64,000 bases of DNA from Hydrogenophaga intermedia (GCA_943372305.1 CALRYD010000017.1:11321-75320), one strand, 5' to 3'. Shown: positions 40,930 to 50,446, numbered from the stretch's first letter. Notes: a model not told the origin generated them from the sequence alone. Program-made: numbers and translations.

Positions 40930-42507
40930 TTACTTCACACTCATGTAACGGAACGGCATGACGTTGTCGGCCAGCTGCACGAGGCTGACGTTGTTGGCCA
41001 CGCCCCAGGCCAGGGCCTGCTGATGCAGTGGGATGTGAGCAAAGTCTTCGTCGTGCAGCTTGAAGGCTTCCTTGATCAGGGCGTTGCGCTTGGCCTGGTC
41101 GGTTTCGGACTGGATCTTGAGCGTCAGTTCATCGAGCTTGGGGTTGCAGTACGCGCCCAGGTTGAACTGGCCCGCGCCCTTGTCGTCCACGCAGCGGGTC
41201 AGCGCGTTCAGTGCGTTGTGTGCGTCATAGGTGCTCGGCGTCCAGCCCAGCAGGTAGAAGCTGGTGTCGCGCTTGAGCACTTTGGGGAAGTAGGTGCCCT
41301 TGGTTTCGGCCTGCAGGCGCACCTTCACACCCACCTTGGCCAGGCTGGCGCTGACGGCCTGGCAGATCTCGCCGTCGTTCACATAGCGGTCGTTCGGGCA
41401 GTTCATGCTGACCTCGAAGCCGTTGGGGTAACCCGCGTCGGCCAGCAGCTTTTTGGCCGCGTCCAGGTCGTAGGCCGGGCGTTTGTCCATGCCAGCGTCG
41501 TAGCCGTTGATGCCCGGTCCGACCATCAGGGCAGACGGCCGCGAGGCGCCGCGCATCACGCTTTTCTGGATGCCCACGATGTCGATGGCCTGGTAGAAGG
41601 CCTGGCGCACGCGCTTGTCCTTGAACGGGTTCTTGCCCTTGACGCTGGAATACAGCAGCTCGTCGCGCTTCTGGTCCATGCCCAGGAAGATGGTGCGCAG
41701 CTCAGGGCCCTGCAACACCTTGGTCTTGCCGCTGGCGTTGATACGCGCCACGTCCTGCACCGGCACCGGCTCGATCACGTCCACCTGGCCCGAGAGCAGC
41801 GCCGCCACGCGGGTGGCGTCGTTGCCGATCGGCGTGTACTCCACGTTGACCACGTTGCCTTCGATCTTGCCCCAGTAGGCGCCGTTGCGCACAAAGGTGG
41901 TCTTGACGTTGGGCTGGCGCTCGCGCAGCCGGTACGGGCCCGTGCCATTGGCGCGGAACGACGCCGCGTTCTCGATGCCCTTGCGGCGGTCCACCGGCTT
42001 GGTGGCCTGGTTCTCTTCGCTCCACGACTTGCTCATGATGTAGAAGAAGGTCAGCACGTCCGGCAGGATGGGGAACGGCGCCTTGGTCTCGATGTCGACG
42101 GCGTGGTCGTTGACCTTGCGGACTTCCTTGATGTCGTTGGTGTAGCTGCGCATGTCCGAGCCATCGCCCGCGCCGCGCGCCAGGCTGAACAGCACATCGT
42201 CGGCGGTGAAGGGTTTGCCGTCGTGGAATTTCACGCCCTTGCGCAGTTCGAAGCGCCACACGTTGGGCGAGATCTGCTTCCAGCTGCTGGCCAGACGGGG
42301 CACGAGCTTGAGGTTCTCGTCCCGTCCCACCAGCGGTTCGTACACGTTGCCCACGACACTCAGCTGCGTGGTCTCGTTGAGGGAGTGCGGGTCCATCGAC
42401 AAGGCGTCGCCCTGGTTGCCGATGCGCACCGTCTGGGCGGATGCGGCCGAAGCGGCGGCGAGCGCGGCGGTGACCAGGCTGGCCATCAGGGTGGGGGTGA
42501 ACTTCAT
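40930..42507 (-). CDS. ABC transporter substrate-binding protein, family 5 (peptide/nickel)
   Basis: 525 aa with a signal peptide (MKFTPTLMASLVTAALAAASAASA) and SBP_bac_5-type sequence. Confidence 0.88.
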   Translation of the reverse strand: MKFTPTLMASLVTAALAAASAASAQTVRIGNQGDALSMDPHSLNETTQLSVVGNVYEPLVGRDENLKLVPRLASSWKQISPNVWRFELRKGVKFHDGKPFTADDVLFSLARGAGDGSDMRSYTNDIKEVRKVNDHAVDIETKAPFPILPDVLTFFYIMSKSWSEENQATKPVDRRKGIENAASFRANGTGPYRLRERQPNVKTTFVRNGAYWGKIEGNVVNVEYTPIGNDATRVAALLSGQVDVIEPVPVQDVARINASGKTKVLQGPELRTIFLGMDQKRDELLYSSVKGKNPFKDKRVRQAFYQAIDIVGIQKSVMRGASRPSALMVGPGINGYDAGMDKRPAYDLDAAKKLLADAGYPNGFEVSMNCPNDRYVNDGEICQAVSASLAKVGVKVRLQAETKGTYFPKVLKRDTSFYLLGWTPSTYDAHNALNALTRCVDDKGAGQFNLGAYCNPKLDELTLKIQSETDQAKRNALIKEAFKLHDEDFAHIPLHQQALAWGVANNVSLVQLADNVMPFRYMSVK

Positions 42508-42553
42508 GAATCGCTCCTCTGGATGGGTGAACGTGGGGAAAGAAAAACGGAAG

Positions 42554-43783
42554 TCAGGTGGCTGACGATGCCAGCGGCATGCCCTGCTCGATCAGGCCCG
42601 CGTGCAAAGCGGCTCCGAGCGGCAGCACGTCGTCGTTGAAATCGTAGCGGCTGTTGTGCAGGAAGCAGCTGCCCACGCCGTGCTCGGTGCCCTGCCCCAG
42701 GCGCAGATAGGCACCCGGCTTGACCTGCAGCATGAACGCAAAGTCTTCGGCCCCCATGCTGGGTTCGAGCTCGCGGTCCACATGCTCGTGGCCCAGCAGG
42801 CGCTGCGCCACGTCGGCCGCAAAACGGGCCTCGTCGCGGGAGTTGATGGTGGCCGGGTAGACCCGTTCATAGCGAACATGGGCCGTGGCACCCAGGCCCA
42901 TGGCCACGCCGGTGCACACTTCCTGCAGGCGCCGCTCCAGCAGGGCCTGCACCTCGGCGCTGAAGCTGCGCACCGTGCCGACCAGCGTGGCTTTGCCGGG
43001 CACCACGCTGAAAGCGCCCGGGTCGCCCGCGTGCATCGAACACAGGCTGATCACCGCCTGGTCCAGCGCACGCACGTTGCGCGAGACGATGCTCTGCACC
43101 GCGGTGATGATGTGCGCCGCCACCAGCACCGGGTCCACCGTCTGGTACGGATGGGCGCCGTGGCCACCCTTGCCGCTGACCTCGATGGTGATGCGGTCGG
43201 CCGCGGCCATCATGGGCCCCGTGTTGATGCCCACCGTGCCCGGCTTCATCTGCGGCCAGTTGTGCATGGCATAGACCGACTGCACCGGAAAGCGCTCGAA
43301 CAGGCCGTCCTCGATCATGGCCTTGGCGCCGGCGAAGCCTTCCTCGCCAGGTTGGAAGATCAGCACCGCAGAGCCGTCGAACTGGCGCGTCTCGGCCAGG
43401 TAGCGGGCCGCGCCGATCAGCATGGCGGTGTGGCCGTCGTGCCCGCAACCGTGCATCAGTCCGGGCCGTGCCGAGCGCCAGGCGAAATCGTTGTCCTCCT
43501 GCATTGGCAGCGCGTCCATGTCGGCGCGCAGCCCCATCATGCGGCCGCTGCCGCGCTCGCGGCCATGGATCACCGCCACCACACCAGTCTTGCCGATGCC
43601 GGTGTGGATCTCGTCCACCCCGCAGACCTTGAGCGACTCGATCACGCGGCGCGCGGTGTAGTGCTCCTCGAAGCCCAGCTCCGGGTGTGCATGCAGTTCG
43701 CGGCGCAGCGCCGTCAGTTCGGGGTGGAAAGCCGCGATGTGCGCAAACGCGCGCCCGTGGGCTTTGATGCGGGCAGCCTGCAC
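42554..43783 (-). CDS. M20 family amidohydrolase (hippurate hydrolase / N-acyl-L-amino acid amidohydrolase type)
   Basis: 409 aa from a GTG start, with RRELHAHPELGFEE and CGHDGHT metal-binding motifs. Embedded in the ABC operon. Confidence 0.88.
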   Translation of the reverse strand: MQAARIKAHGRAFAHIAAFHPELTALRRELHAHPELGFEEHYTARRVIESLKVCGVDEIHTGIGKTGVVAVIHGRERGSGRMMGLRADMDALPMQEDNDFAWRSARPGLMHGCGHDGHTAMLIGAARYLAETRQFDGSAVLIFQPGEEGFAGAKAMIEDGLFERFPVQSVYAMHNWPQMKPGTVGINTGPMMAAADRITIEVSGKGGHGAHPYQTVDPVLVAAHIITAVQSIVSRNVRALDQAVISLCSMHAGDPGAFSVVPGKATLVGTVRSFSAEVQALLERRLQEVCTGVAMGLGATAHVRYERVYPATINSRDEARFAADVAQRLLGHEHVDRELEPSMGAEDFAFMLQVKPGAYLRLGQGTEHGVGSCFLHNSRYDFNDDVLPLGAALHAGLIEQGMPLASSAT

Positions 43784-43784
43784 G

Positions 43785-44765
43785 TCAATGACCTCCCGAC
43801 TTTTCGACGCGCAAGCGCGGATCGACCGCGAAGTACAGCAGGTCCACCACCAGGTTGATCACCACGAAGATCAGCGCGATCAGGCACAGGTAGGCCGCCA
43901 TCACCGGGATGTCGGCAAACGTCACCGCCTGGATGAACAGCAGGCCCATGCCGGGCCACTGGAACACCGTCTCGGTGATGATGGCAAAGGCGATCAGGCC
44001 ACCCAGCTGCAGGCCGGTGATGGTCATGACCGGCACCAGGGTGTTCTTGAGTGCGTGACCGAAGTGCACCGCGCGCTGCGTCAGGCCGCGGGCGCGGGCA
44101 AACTTGATGTAGTCGGTGCGCAGCACTTCCAGCATCTCGGCCCGCACCAGCCGCATGATGAGCGTGAGCTGGAAGATCGCCAGTGTCACCGCCGGCAGCA
44201 CGATGTGGTGCCAGCCCTTGGCCGTGAGCAGGCCACTGCTCCACCAGCCCATCTGCACCACCTCACCCCGGCCGAAGCTGGGGAACCAGCCCAGCTGCAC
44301 CGCGAACACCAGGATCAGCAGGATGCCGATCAGGAAGGTGGGCAGCGAAACGCCCAGCAGCGAGATCGTCATGAACAGCTGGCTGATGAACGTGCCGCGC
44401 TTGAGCGCTGCATAGACCCCCATGGGAATGCCCACCACCAGCGCCAGCACCGCCGCCACCAGCGCGAGTTCGAGTGTGGCCGGGAACCGCTCGGCGATCA
44501 GGCGCGAGACCTTGGCCCCCTGGCGCAGGCTCAGGCCGAACTCGCCTTGCACCGCATTGGCCAGGAAATGCCAGAACTGCACAAAAAAGGGCTGGTCCAG
44601 CCCCAGGTCGGCGCGCAACTCGCGGATCTGCTCGGGCGTGGCGTCCTGCCCCAGCAAAAAGACCACCGGGTCGCCCACATACTGGAACAGCATGAAGGCG
44701 ATCAGCGCCACGCTGACCATGACCACCACCGCCTGCGCCAGGCGCCTGAGAATGAAAGCAAACAT
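43785..44765 (-). CDS. peptide ABC transporter permease (DppB-like)
   Basis: 326 aa (MFAFILRRLAQAVVVM...) with the EAA loop (DYIKFARARGLTQRAVHFGHALKN). Confidence 0.9.
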   Translation of the reverse strand: MFAFILRRLAQAVVVMVSVALIAFMLFQYVGDPVVFLLGQDATPEQIRELRADLGLDQPFFVQFWHFLANAVQGEFGLSLRQGAKVSRLIAERFPATLELALVAAVLALVVGIPMGVYAALKRGTFISQLFMTISLLGVSLPTFLIGILLILVFAVQLGWFPSFGRGEVVQMGWWSSGLLTAKGWHHIVLPAVTLAIFQLTLIMRLVRAEMLEVLRTDYIKFARARGLTQRAVHFGHALKNTLVPVMTITGLQLGGLIAFAIITETVFQWPGMGLLFIQAVTFADIPVMAAYLCLIALIFVVINLVVDLLYFAVDPRLRVEKSGGH

Positions 44766-44826
44766 CGTGTGAAAACAAAGAGAGGGTCGCCACCACGGTG
44801 CGCGACCCTCAGTGGTCAGATCAGAT

Positions 44827-46398
44827 TCAGTTTACCTTGATCAAACGCCAGTCCAGACGGTTGTCGGCACGGTGCACCACGTCGATGTTCTTCTTCATCG
44901 CCCATGGAATCACCTGGTTGTGCAGGGGGATGTGGGCCACATCTTCGTTCTGCAGCGCCAGCGCCTTGGTCAGCAGTTCGGTGCGGCGCTTGAGGTCGGT
45001 TTCCTTCTTGGTCCGCTCCACCAGGGCGTCCATCTGCGGGTTGCTGTAGCGGCCCACGTTGTAGTTGCCGTCACCGCCCGCGCCCACCGAGCGCACCAGA
45101 GACTGCAGGCTGTACAGCGCGTCAAAGGTGGGCACGCCCCAGCCCAGCATGTAGATGCTGGCTTCGTAGCGCTGGATCATGGGGAAATACGTCACCAGCG
45201 GCTGGGTGCGCAGCTTGGCTTTCACGCCGATCTTGGCCCACATGGCGGCCACGGCCTGGCAGATCTGCTCGTCGTTGATATAGCGATTGTTCGGGCAGGC
45301 AAAGTCCACCTCGAAGCCGTCGGCGTAGCCCGCATCGGCCAGCAGCTTCTGCGCCGCCTTGATGTCGTACGGATAACGCGCATGCACCTCTTTGGTCCAT
45401 CCATTGACCTGCGGCGCCACCAGCGCGCCCGTGGCCTGGCCCAGGCCGCGCAGCGTCACGCGGGTGATGGTGTCGATGTCGATGGCCTGGTACAGCGCCT
45501 TGCGCACGCGCTGGTCCTTCAGCGGGTTCTTGCCCTTGATGTTGCTACCCGGCAGTTCGTTGCGGAACTGGTCCATGCCGAAGAAGATGGTGCGGTTCTC
45601 GATGCCGTCCACCACCTTGAGGTTGCCGTCCTGGCGCAGGCGCGGCAGATCCTGCGGGCTGGGGTCGAGGACGAAGTCCACCTCACCCGACAGCAGCGCC
45701 GCCATGCGCGTGGCAGTGGCCTTGACCGGGGTGTAGACCACTTCCGTCACGTTGCCCTCGGGCTTGCCCCACCAGGCGGCGTTCCGGGCCAGCACCAGCT
45801 TCTGGTCGGGCTGCCATTCCTTGAGCACGAAAGGCCCAGTGCCGTTCGCGTTGCGGTGCGCGAAGTTCTCGTCCTTGGTCTTGATGTCCTTGGGCTCAAC
45901 CGACTTGTTCTTCTCCGCCCAGGCCTTGCTCATCATGCGCAGCTCGGTCATTTGGTTCAGCAGCACCGGGTTGGGGTCCTTGGTGAAGATGTCGATGGTG
46001 TTCTCGTCCACCTTCACCACCTTGTCGATGCCCTGTGCGTAGACGCCGAAGTTCGAGGTTTTGGCCATGGAACGCTGCAGCGAGAACACCGCATCGTCCG
46101 CCGTGAACGCCGAACCGTCGTGGAATTTCACGCCCTTGCGCAGCGTCATGCGCAGCTGCGTCGGCGTCATCTGCTTCCAGGCGGTGGCCAGCACCGGCTC
46201 CACCTTGAAGGTGCGGCTGTTGTAGTACACCAGCGATTCGTAAACCGCCGCGTGGATACCGTTGGCCAGGGCGTTGTTCTGCGAATGGACGTCCCAGGTC
46301 GGGATGTCGCTGGAGCTGGTCCATTTAAAGGTTTTGGCGTGCAGGCCAGCGGAAGCCACCGTCAGAGCAGCGGCCAGCAGGGTGAGGCGAAATTTCAT
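44827..46398 (-). CDS. ABC transporter substrate-binding protein, family 5 (second paralog)
   Basis: About 523 aa from the ATG at 46398 (MKFRLTLLAAALTVASAGLHA). Paralogous to the 40930..42507 product. Confidence 0.88.
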   Translation of the reverse strand: MKFRLTLLAAALTVASAGLHAKTFKWTSSSDIPTWDVHSQNNALANGIHAAVYESLVYYNSRTFKVEPVLATAWKQMTPTQLRMTLRKGVKFHDGSAFTADDAVFSLQRSMAKTSNFGVYAQGIDKVVKVDENTIDIFTKDPNPVLLNQMTELRMMSKAWAEKNKSVEPKDIKTKDENFAHRNANGTGPFVLKEWQPDQKLVLARNAAWWGKPEGNVTEVVYTPVKATATRMAALLSGEVDFVLDPSPQDLPRLRQDGNLKVVDGIENRTIFFGMDQFRNELPGSNIKGKNPLKDQRVRKALYQAIDIDTITRVTLRGLGQATGALVAPQVNGWTKEVHARYPYDIKAAQKLLADAGYADGFEVDFACPNNRYINDEQICQAVAAMWAKIGVKAKLRTQPLVTYFPMIQRYEASIYMLGWGVPTFDALYSLQSLVRSVGAGGDGNYNVGRYSNPQMDALVERTKKETDLKRRTELLTKALALQNEDVAHIPLHNQVIPWAMKKNIDVVHRADNRLDWRLIKVN

Positions 46399-46497
46399 CG
46401 TTGACACCTGAAATGGTTTGACAAGCCCCGCACTATGCAACATCCGTTCCCGGCCGCAGGACGGGTATTACCCGCAGGTGACAGCACACCAGTCCAC

Positions 46498-47280
46498 TTA
46501 CCGGGCTTCAGACAGATCCACCAGCCGCAGCGCTCCATACCAGGCACGCAAGGTCGAGCCCGTGTTGTCGGTATCGGTCATCAGCGCCACGCCCACCAGC
46601 GGCCCGGGCTCCTCGCCAAAGGCCCGGATGAAATCGGCCCGCACGTCGCGCCGGTAGTCGCGCCACTGCCCCAGGTGCTGAGCGCCACTCTCCACCACCA
46701 CCTTGCGGATGCGATCGGTGCGCGGGTTGGACAGCACCGCTTCGACCGGATCGTCCCGGCTCCACACGTAGCTCAGCGTCGCGTACGGCAGAGGTTCACC
46801 GGTCAGCAAGCGGCTGAGCTCGGACAGCCGGTGCGTACGGGCGCTCCAGTTGGCGCGGTCACCTTCAAAGGCCAGGAGGATGCGCACCGGTGCGTCGGTC
46901 GTCTCTGCTTCTTTCAGGTCTGCGCCCACGGGCAGCGCATCCACCTTCCAGGCAAACTCCAGGCTGCCCAGGGCGCTGATGCCCGGGTCAAACTGCCGAC
47001 GCAACACGCTCACCGAACGCTGCGCCCGCACCTGCAAGGCCGGCCGCCCCTGCCGCGAAACCGCCTCGAAAGGCACCGACACCTTGCCCGGCAGGCGAAA
47101 CACCGTCCAATCGCTGCCACCAGCGGGCGTCTGGAACAGATCGGCCGCAGCCAGCTGCAAAGCCGCTTCAGACGTCGGCGCATGGCGCCGCTCTGGCCAG
47201 GCACAGGCCGCCAGCCCCCATATACAGGCCAGCACCACCGTGCCCCGCCATTGCCAGCTTTTGAACATTTCACCGGACAC
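46498..47280 (-). CDS. DUF3047 domain protein
   Basis: 260 aa with a signal-like N-terminus and conserved segments (FAWKVD...APVRILLAF...YVWS). The family call is from memory. Confidence 0.6.
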   Translation of the reverse strand: MSGEMFKSWQWRGTVVLACIWGLAACAWPERRHAPTSEAALQLAAADLFQTPAGGSDWTVFRLPGKVSVPFEAVSRQGRPALQVRAQRSVSVLRRQFDPGISALGSLEFAWKVDALPVGADLKEAETTDAPVRILLAFEGDRANWSARTHRLSELSRLLTGEPLPYATLSYVWSRDDPVEAVLSNPRTDRIRKVVVESGAQHLGQWRDYRRDVRADFIRAFGEEPGPLVGVALMTDTDNTGSTLRAWYGALRLVDLSEAR

Positions 47281-47483
47281 ATCTTGTTGCGATCCGGCCA
47301 GTGTAGCGAGGCCAGCCGACCCAGCGCCCCCAACCCACCTGCGTCAACGTTTCGACGAAGGCATCCCCCGAAATAGGGAAACATCAACCAGCAGGATGCT
47401 CACTTTTGGAAGACGAAGCGCGACATTGAAGCCTGGCTGGCGAACATGGGGTTCGTTGGTCAAACCACCCAAGGAGGACTCCC

Positions 47484-47807
47484 ATGCTCAAAAAAGCCCT
47501 GACCCTGTTGCTGTCACTGGCCACCACCCTCGCCATGGCGGCGGTGGACGTCAACACCGCCAGCGAAGCCGACCTCGACAGCGTCAAAGGCATCGGCCCC
47601 GGCACCTCCAGCAAGATGCTGGAGCAACGCAAAGCCGGCAAATTCAAGGACTGGCCCGACCTCATCGCCCGCGTACCTGGCATTGGCGACAAGCGCGCCG
47701 CCAAACTGTCGGCCGAGGGCCTGACGGTCAACGGTGCCAAGTACCAGCCGGCGGCGGCGGAAGCCCCAGCCCAGAAGGCCAAGGCACCCACTCCGACCAA
47801 GCCCTGA
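47484..47807 (+). CDS. ComEA family helix-hairpin-helix DNA-binding protein (secreted)
   Basis: 107 aa with a signal peptide followed by VDVNTASEADLDSVKGIGPG...VPGIGDKRAAKL. Confidence 0.85.
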   Translation: MLKKALTLLLSLATTLAMAAVDVNTASEADLDSVKGIGPGTSSKMLEQRKAGKFKDWPDLIARVPGIGDKRAAKLSAEGLTVNGAKYQPAAAEAPAQKAKAPTPTKP

Positions 47808-47835
47808 CCGGTCGTCCTGACCATCTCAACAAAAA

Positions 47836-47865
47836 CCCCCGCTGCGTTGCCGCAGCGGGGGTTTT
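47836..47865 (+). terminator. Rho-independent terminator after ComEA-like gene copy 1
   Basis: CCCCCGCTGCG-TTGC-CGCAGCGGGGG followed by TTTT. Confidence 0.8.
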
Positions 47866-47941
47866 GATTTGGAACTGAACAACTCAGGAAACGCTGCACG
47901 CACCCCGACGGCCTCGACATCCCACGGTTGGTTGGAAAAAC

Positions 47942-48259
47942 TCAATAGCCCTGAAACAGAAAGTCCAGCGCAGCCGCGATGTCAGATTGCCGATCTGCCA
48001 GCGTGGCGACCGGCGACCTCAGCACCCGCTGCGGCACCGCAGCCATCTTCGGCGTTTCCAGCAGGAAGTCTTCGCCACCGATCGACAAGACAGGCGTCAG
48101 GCGAGTGGATAGCCGGACGTTCGGAAAGTGCTCAAGACGGCGCAACGGCACCACCACCCTGCTGTCCAACCTGTCGAGCAAATCGCTCTGCACATCCAGC
48201 AGATACGGCGTGGTCGCAGCATGGCTGCCCGGGTTGGCGTAGACATCGAAACGCGCCAT
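47942..48259 (-). CDS. ccdB: CcdB family toxin (gyrase poison)
   Basis: MARFDVYANP...LLDVQSDLLD...VVVPL...MAAVP...DIAAALDFLFQGY aligns along its whole length with F-plasmid CcdB. Its ATG at 48259 overlaps the ccdA stop (TGATG). Confidence 0.88.
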   Translation of the reverse strand: MARFDVYANPGSHAATTPYLLDVQSDLLDRLDSRVVVPLRRLEHFPNVRLSTRLTPVLSIGGEDFLLETPKMAAVPQRVLRSPVATLADRQSDIAAALDFLFQGY

Positions 48260-48522
48260 CAGAAACTTCTCCACTTGTCCAGTGGCAACCCCTCGGCATC
48301 CAGCGTTGCGTTGTAGGCGGCGATGAAATCGGCATGCTCCGCTCGCCAGCGACGCTCTTGCTCATGGCGCACCACTTCTCGCAAGTGCTGATCGCAAACT
48401 TGCGAAATGTTGATGTCCAGGCGCTTGGCCGCGTCCAGCACGCCGCTGCTCAGACTCAGGTTGATCGCACGCTTGCCAGAACCGCTGGTCCGGGCACGCC
48501 GGTCGCTTGAAACTGCGGTCAT
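48259..48522 (-). CDS. ccdA: CcdA family antitoxin
   Basis: 87 aa from the ATG at 48522 (..KRAINLSLSSGVLDAAKRLDINISQVCDQHLREVVRHEQERRWRAEHADFI...), resembling CcdA. Confidence 0.85.
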   Translation of the reverse strand: MTAVSSDRRARTSGSGKRAINLSLSSGVLDAAKRLDINISQVCDQHLREVVRHEQERRWRAEHADFIAAYNATLDAEGLPLDKWRSF

Positions 48523-48908
48523 GATCACCTCCATACGCAAAGATAGTGCGCACACTTTAATGCACATACTTTCCTCAAGCAACCAACACGGATGGCGCCC
48601 GCTGTGGCCCCCTCAGCGGCCGAAGTTCGAAGCGGACATCTGACCCGGAATTCACGAGGAAATTGGAATCTGACCCCGAATTCTTCAGACGCGACGCGAA
48701 CATATCGGCATGTTTAGCAGCCCCCACTACGTTCAACTCACCGGGCAGCGAACGCCCGGCGCATCGTCGTTTTGACGACCGCCTCCCACCGAAGCAGGAC
48801 ATCTCACGCACCGGCTTGCCCGCAATTGAGAGCCAAACAGGGATATTGGACACCGAGCAACGCACATGGGGTCTGTTGCACGCCATGTATTCATTCAGGA
48901 GGACTCCC

Positions 48909-49151
48909 ATGCTCAAACAAGCCCTTACCCTGCTGCTGTCACTGGTCACCACCCTCGCCATGGCGGCGGTGGATGTCAACACCGCCAGTGAAGCCGACCT
49001 CGACAGCGTCAAAGGCATCGGCCCTGGCACCTCCAGCAAGATGCTGGAGCAACGCAAAGCCGGCAAATTCAAGGACTGGCCCGACCTCATCGCCCGCGTA
49101 CCTGGCATTGGCGACAAGCGCGCCGCCAAACTGTCGGCCGAGGGGGCCTGA
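48909..49151 (+). pseudogene. ComEA-like gene copy 2, C-terminally truncated by a 1-nt insertion
   Basis: The 80-aa product is nearly identical to residues 1-79 of copy 1. The frame then shifts, and the remaining copy-1-homologous coding sequence (..TVNGAKYQPAA..) continues in another frame up to about 49235. Confidence 0.7.
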
Positions 49152-49255
49152 CGGTCAACGGTGCCAAGTACCAGCCGGCGGCGACGGAAACCCCAGCCCA
49201 GAAGGCCAAGGCACCCGCTCCGACCAAGACCTGACCGGTCACCGACCAGCCCAAG

Positions 49256-49290
49256 AAAAAACCCCGCTGCGTTGCCGCAGCGGGGTTTTT
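49256..49290. terminator. bidirectional Rho-independent terminator (ComEA copy 2 / porin)
   Basis: AAAAAA-CCCCGCTGCG-TTGC-CGCAGCGGGG-TTTTT. Confidence 0.8.
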
Positions 49291-49328
49291 GACGTTCAGA
49301 ACCTCAGCTGGCTTGCGCCAGCGAAAGA

Positions 49329-50237
49329 TCAGAAGGTGTGCTTGATGCCGAGGCCGAGGCGGCTTTCGATCGTAGCGGGAGCGTCGCCGTTGTCGCCGTA
49401 GTAACCGCCGTACACGGTGGTGCGCTTGGACAGCGAGTAGGCTGCGCCAACGCTGTAGCCGGTCACGCGCTTGAAGCCGTCGGTCTTGCTGGAAGCGATA
49501 CCAGCGGACAGGACCAGATTGGAGGCCAGGGGCATGTCGGCACCGATCGTGTACTGCTTGGTGTCCACGCCAGCGGCGTCAACCATACCGTAACCACCCA
49601 TCAGCTTGAACGCGCCGAAGTCGTAGGCAGCGTTGAAGCGGGTCTGGGTTTCGTCCGCAGCATCGCCTTCGTCTTGGAAAGCCACGCCCAGAGCCAGCGG
49701 GCCGGCTTCGTAGTTGGCAGCCAGCGAAAGCACGTTCTGCGAACCAGGCACTTGCTCCAGGTTGTAGCTGGCAGCAGCGCTGAAACCGCCGAACGACGGG
49801 GAAGCGTAGTAGATACCTTGGGTGTGACGCGACGTGGTGTAGCCGACGAAAACGTTGGTCGGGGACAGCACCGAGTCAAACACCGGGTTGGTGGCGCCAG
49901 CGAAGTCATCAAAGGCAGTCGACATGCGGCCGAAGCGAACTTCACCGAAACCGCCAGCCAGACCCACCGTGGCTTCACGGTTGAAGCCAGTGGAAGCACC
50001 GCTGGTCAGATCAATGCCTTGTTCCAGCTTGAAGGTAGCCTTCAGGCCGCCGCCGAGGTCTTCGGCACCCTTGAAGCCCAGACGGCTGCCGCTCACGCCG
50101 CCGCTGGTCATCTTGGCGGAAACGCCCTTGTCCTTGTGGATCACAGCGTCAGCAACGCCGTAGATAGTGACGGTGGATTGGGCCATGGCGGCGCCGGAAG
50201 CGGCCAGAACGGCCAGAGCGATCAGAGACTTTTTCAT
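49329..50237 (-). CDS. outer-membrane porin (Gram-negative porin family)
   Basis: About 302 aa from the ATG at 50237 (MKKSLIALAVLAASGAAMAQSTVTIYGV...), ending in the beta-barrel signature ..LGIKHTF. Confidence 0.9.
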   Translation of the reverse strand: MKKSLIALAVLAASGAAMAQSTVTIYGVADAVIHKDKGVSAKMTSGGVSGSRLGFKGAEDLGGGLKATFKLEQGIDLTSGASTGFNREATVGLAGGFGEVRFGRMSTAFDDFAGATNPVFDSVLSPTNVFVGYTTSRHTQGIYYASPSFGGFSAAASYNLEQVPGSQNVLSLAANYEAGPLALGVAFQDEGDAADETQTRFNAAYDFGAFKLMGGYGMVDAAGVDTKQYTIGADMPLASNLVLSAGIASSKTDGFKRVTGYSVGAAYSLSKRTTVYGGYYGDNGDAPATIESRLGLGIKHTF

Positions 50238-50446
50238 GAGGTATGTTCCTTTGAAAATTCCAGCCTTCTGATGAAAGCCGGTGTGACTAAAACTCACAGC
50301 CGGAATCCTACATCCGGGTCAACCCTGAGCCCAAGGGTTATCCCGGAAACAGTTGGCACATTCGCCCAAATCGTCGGTTTTTGGCTACACATGACCTGGA
50401 AAAGAGTTCCAAAGCATTCTTTTTCAACGCATGCATACGCAATACA

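Larger units (their letters stand above)
47441..47866 (+). repeat. direct repeat copy 1 (about 400 bp; ComEA-like gene plus terminator)
   Basis: Aligns by eye with 48861..49290 at roughly 90% or higher identity, from CG(A/C)ACATGGGGT through the terminator hairpin. Confidence 0.85.
48861..49290 (+). repeat. direct repeat copy 2 (about 400 bp; frameshifted ComEA-like gene plus terminator)
   Basis: See copy 1 (47441..47866). An extra G in GAGGGGGCCTGA (about 49141-49151) relative to GAGGGCCTGACG in copy 1. Confidence 0.85.

Noticed and set aside
39991-42639. 882-aa plus-strand ORF (and similar ones: 30823..33090, 33651..35393, 8117..9652, 44812..46404, 61879..63627)
   Set aside because: All are antisense to well-supported genes (dppC/SBP, the DUF422-MpaB fusion, groEL, resB, SBP, gspN/gspD) and have low-complexity Arg/Gly/His/Ala-rich translations.
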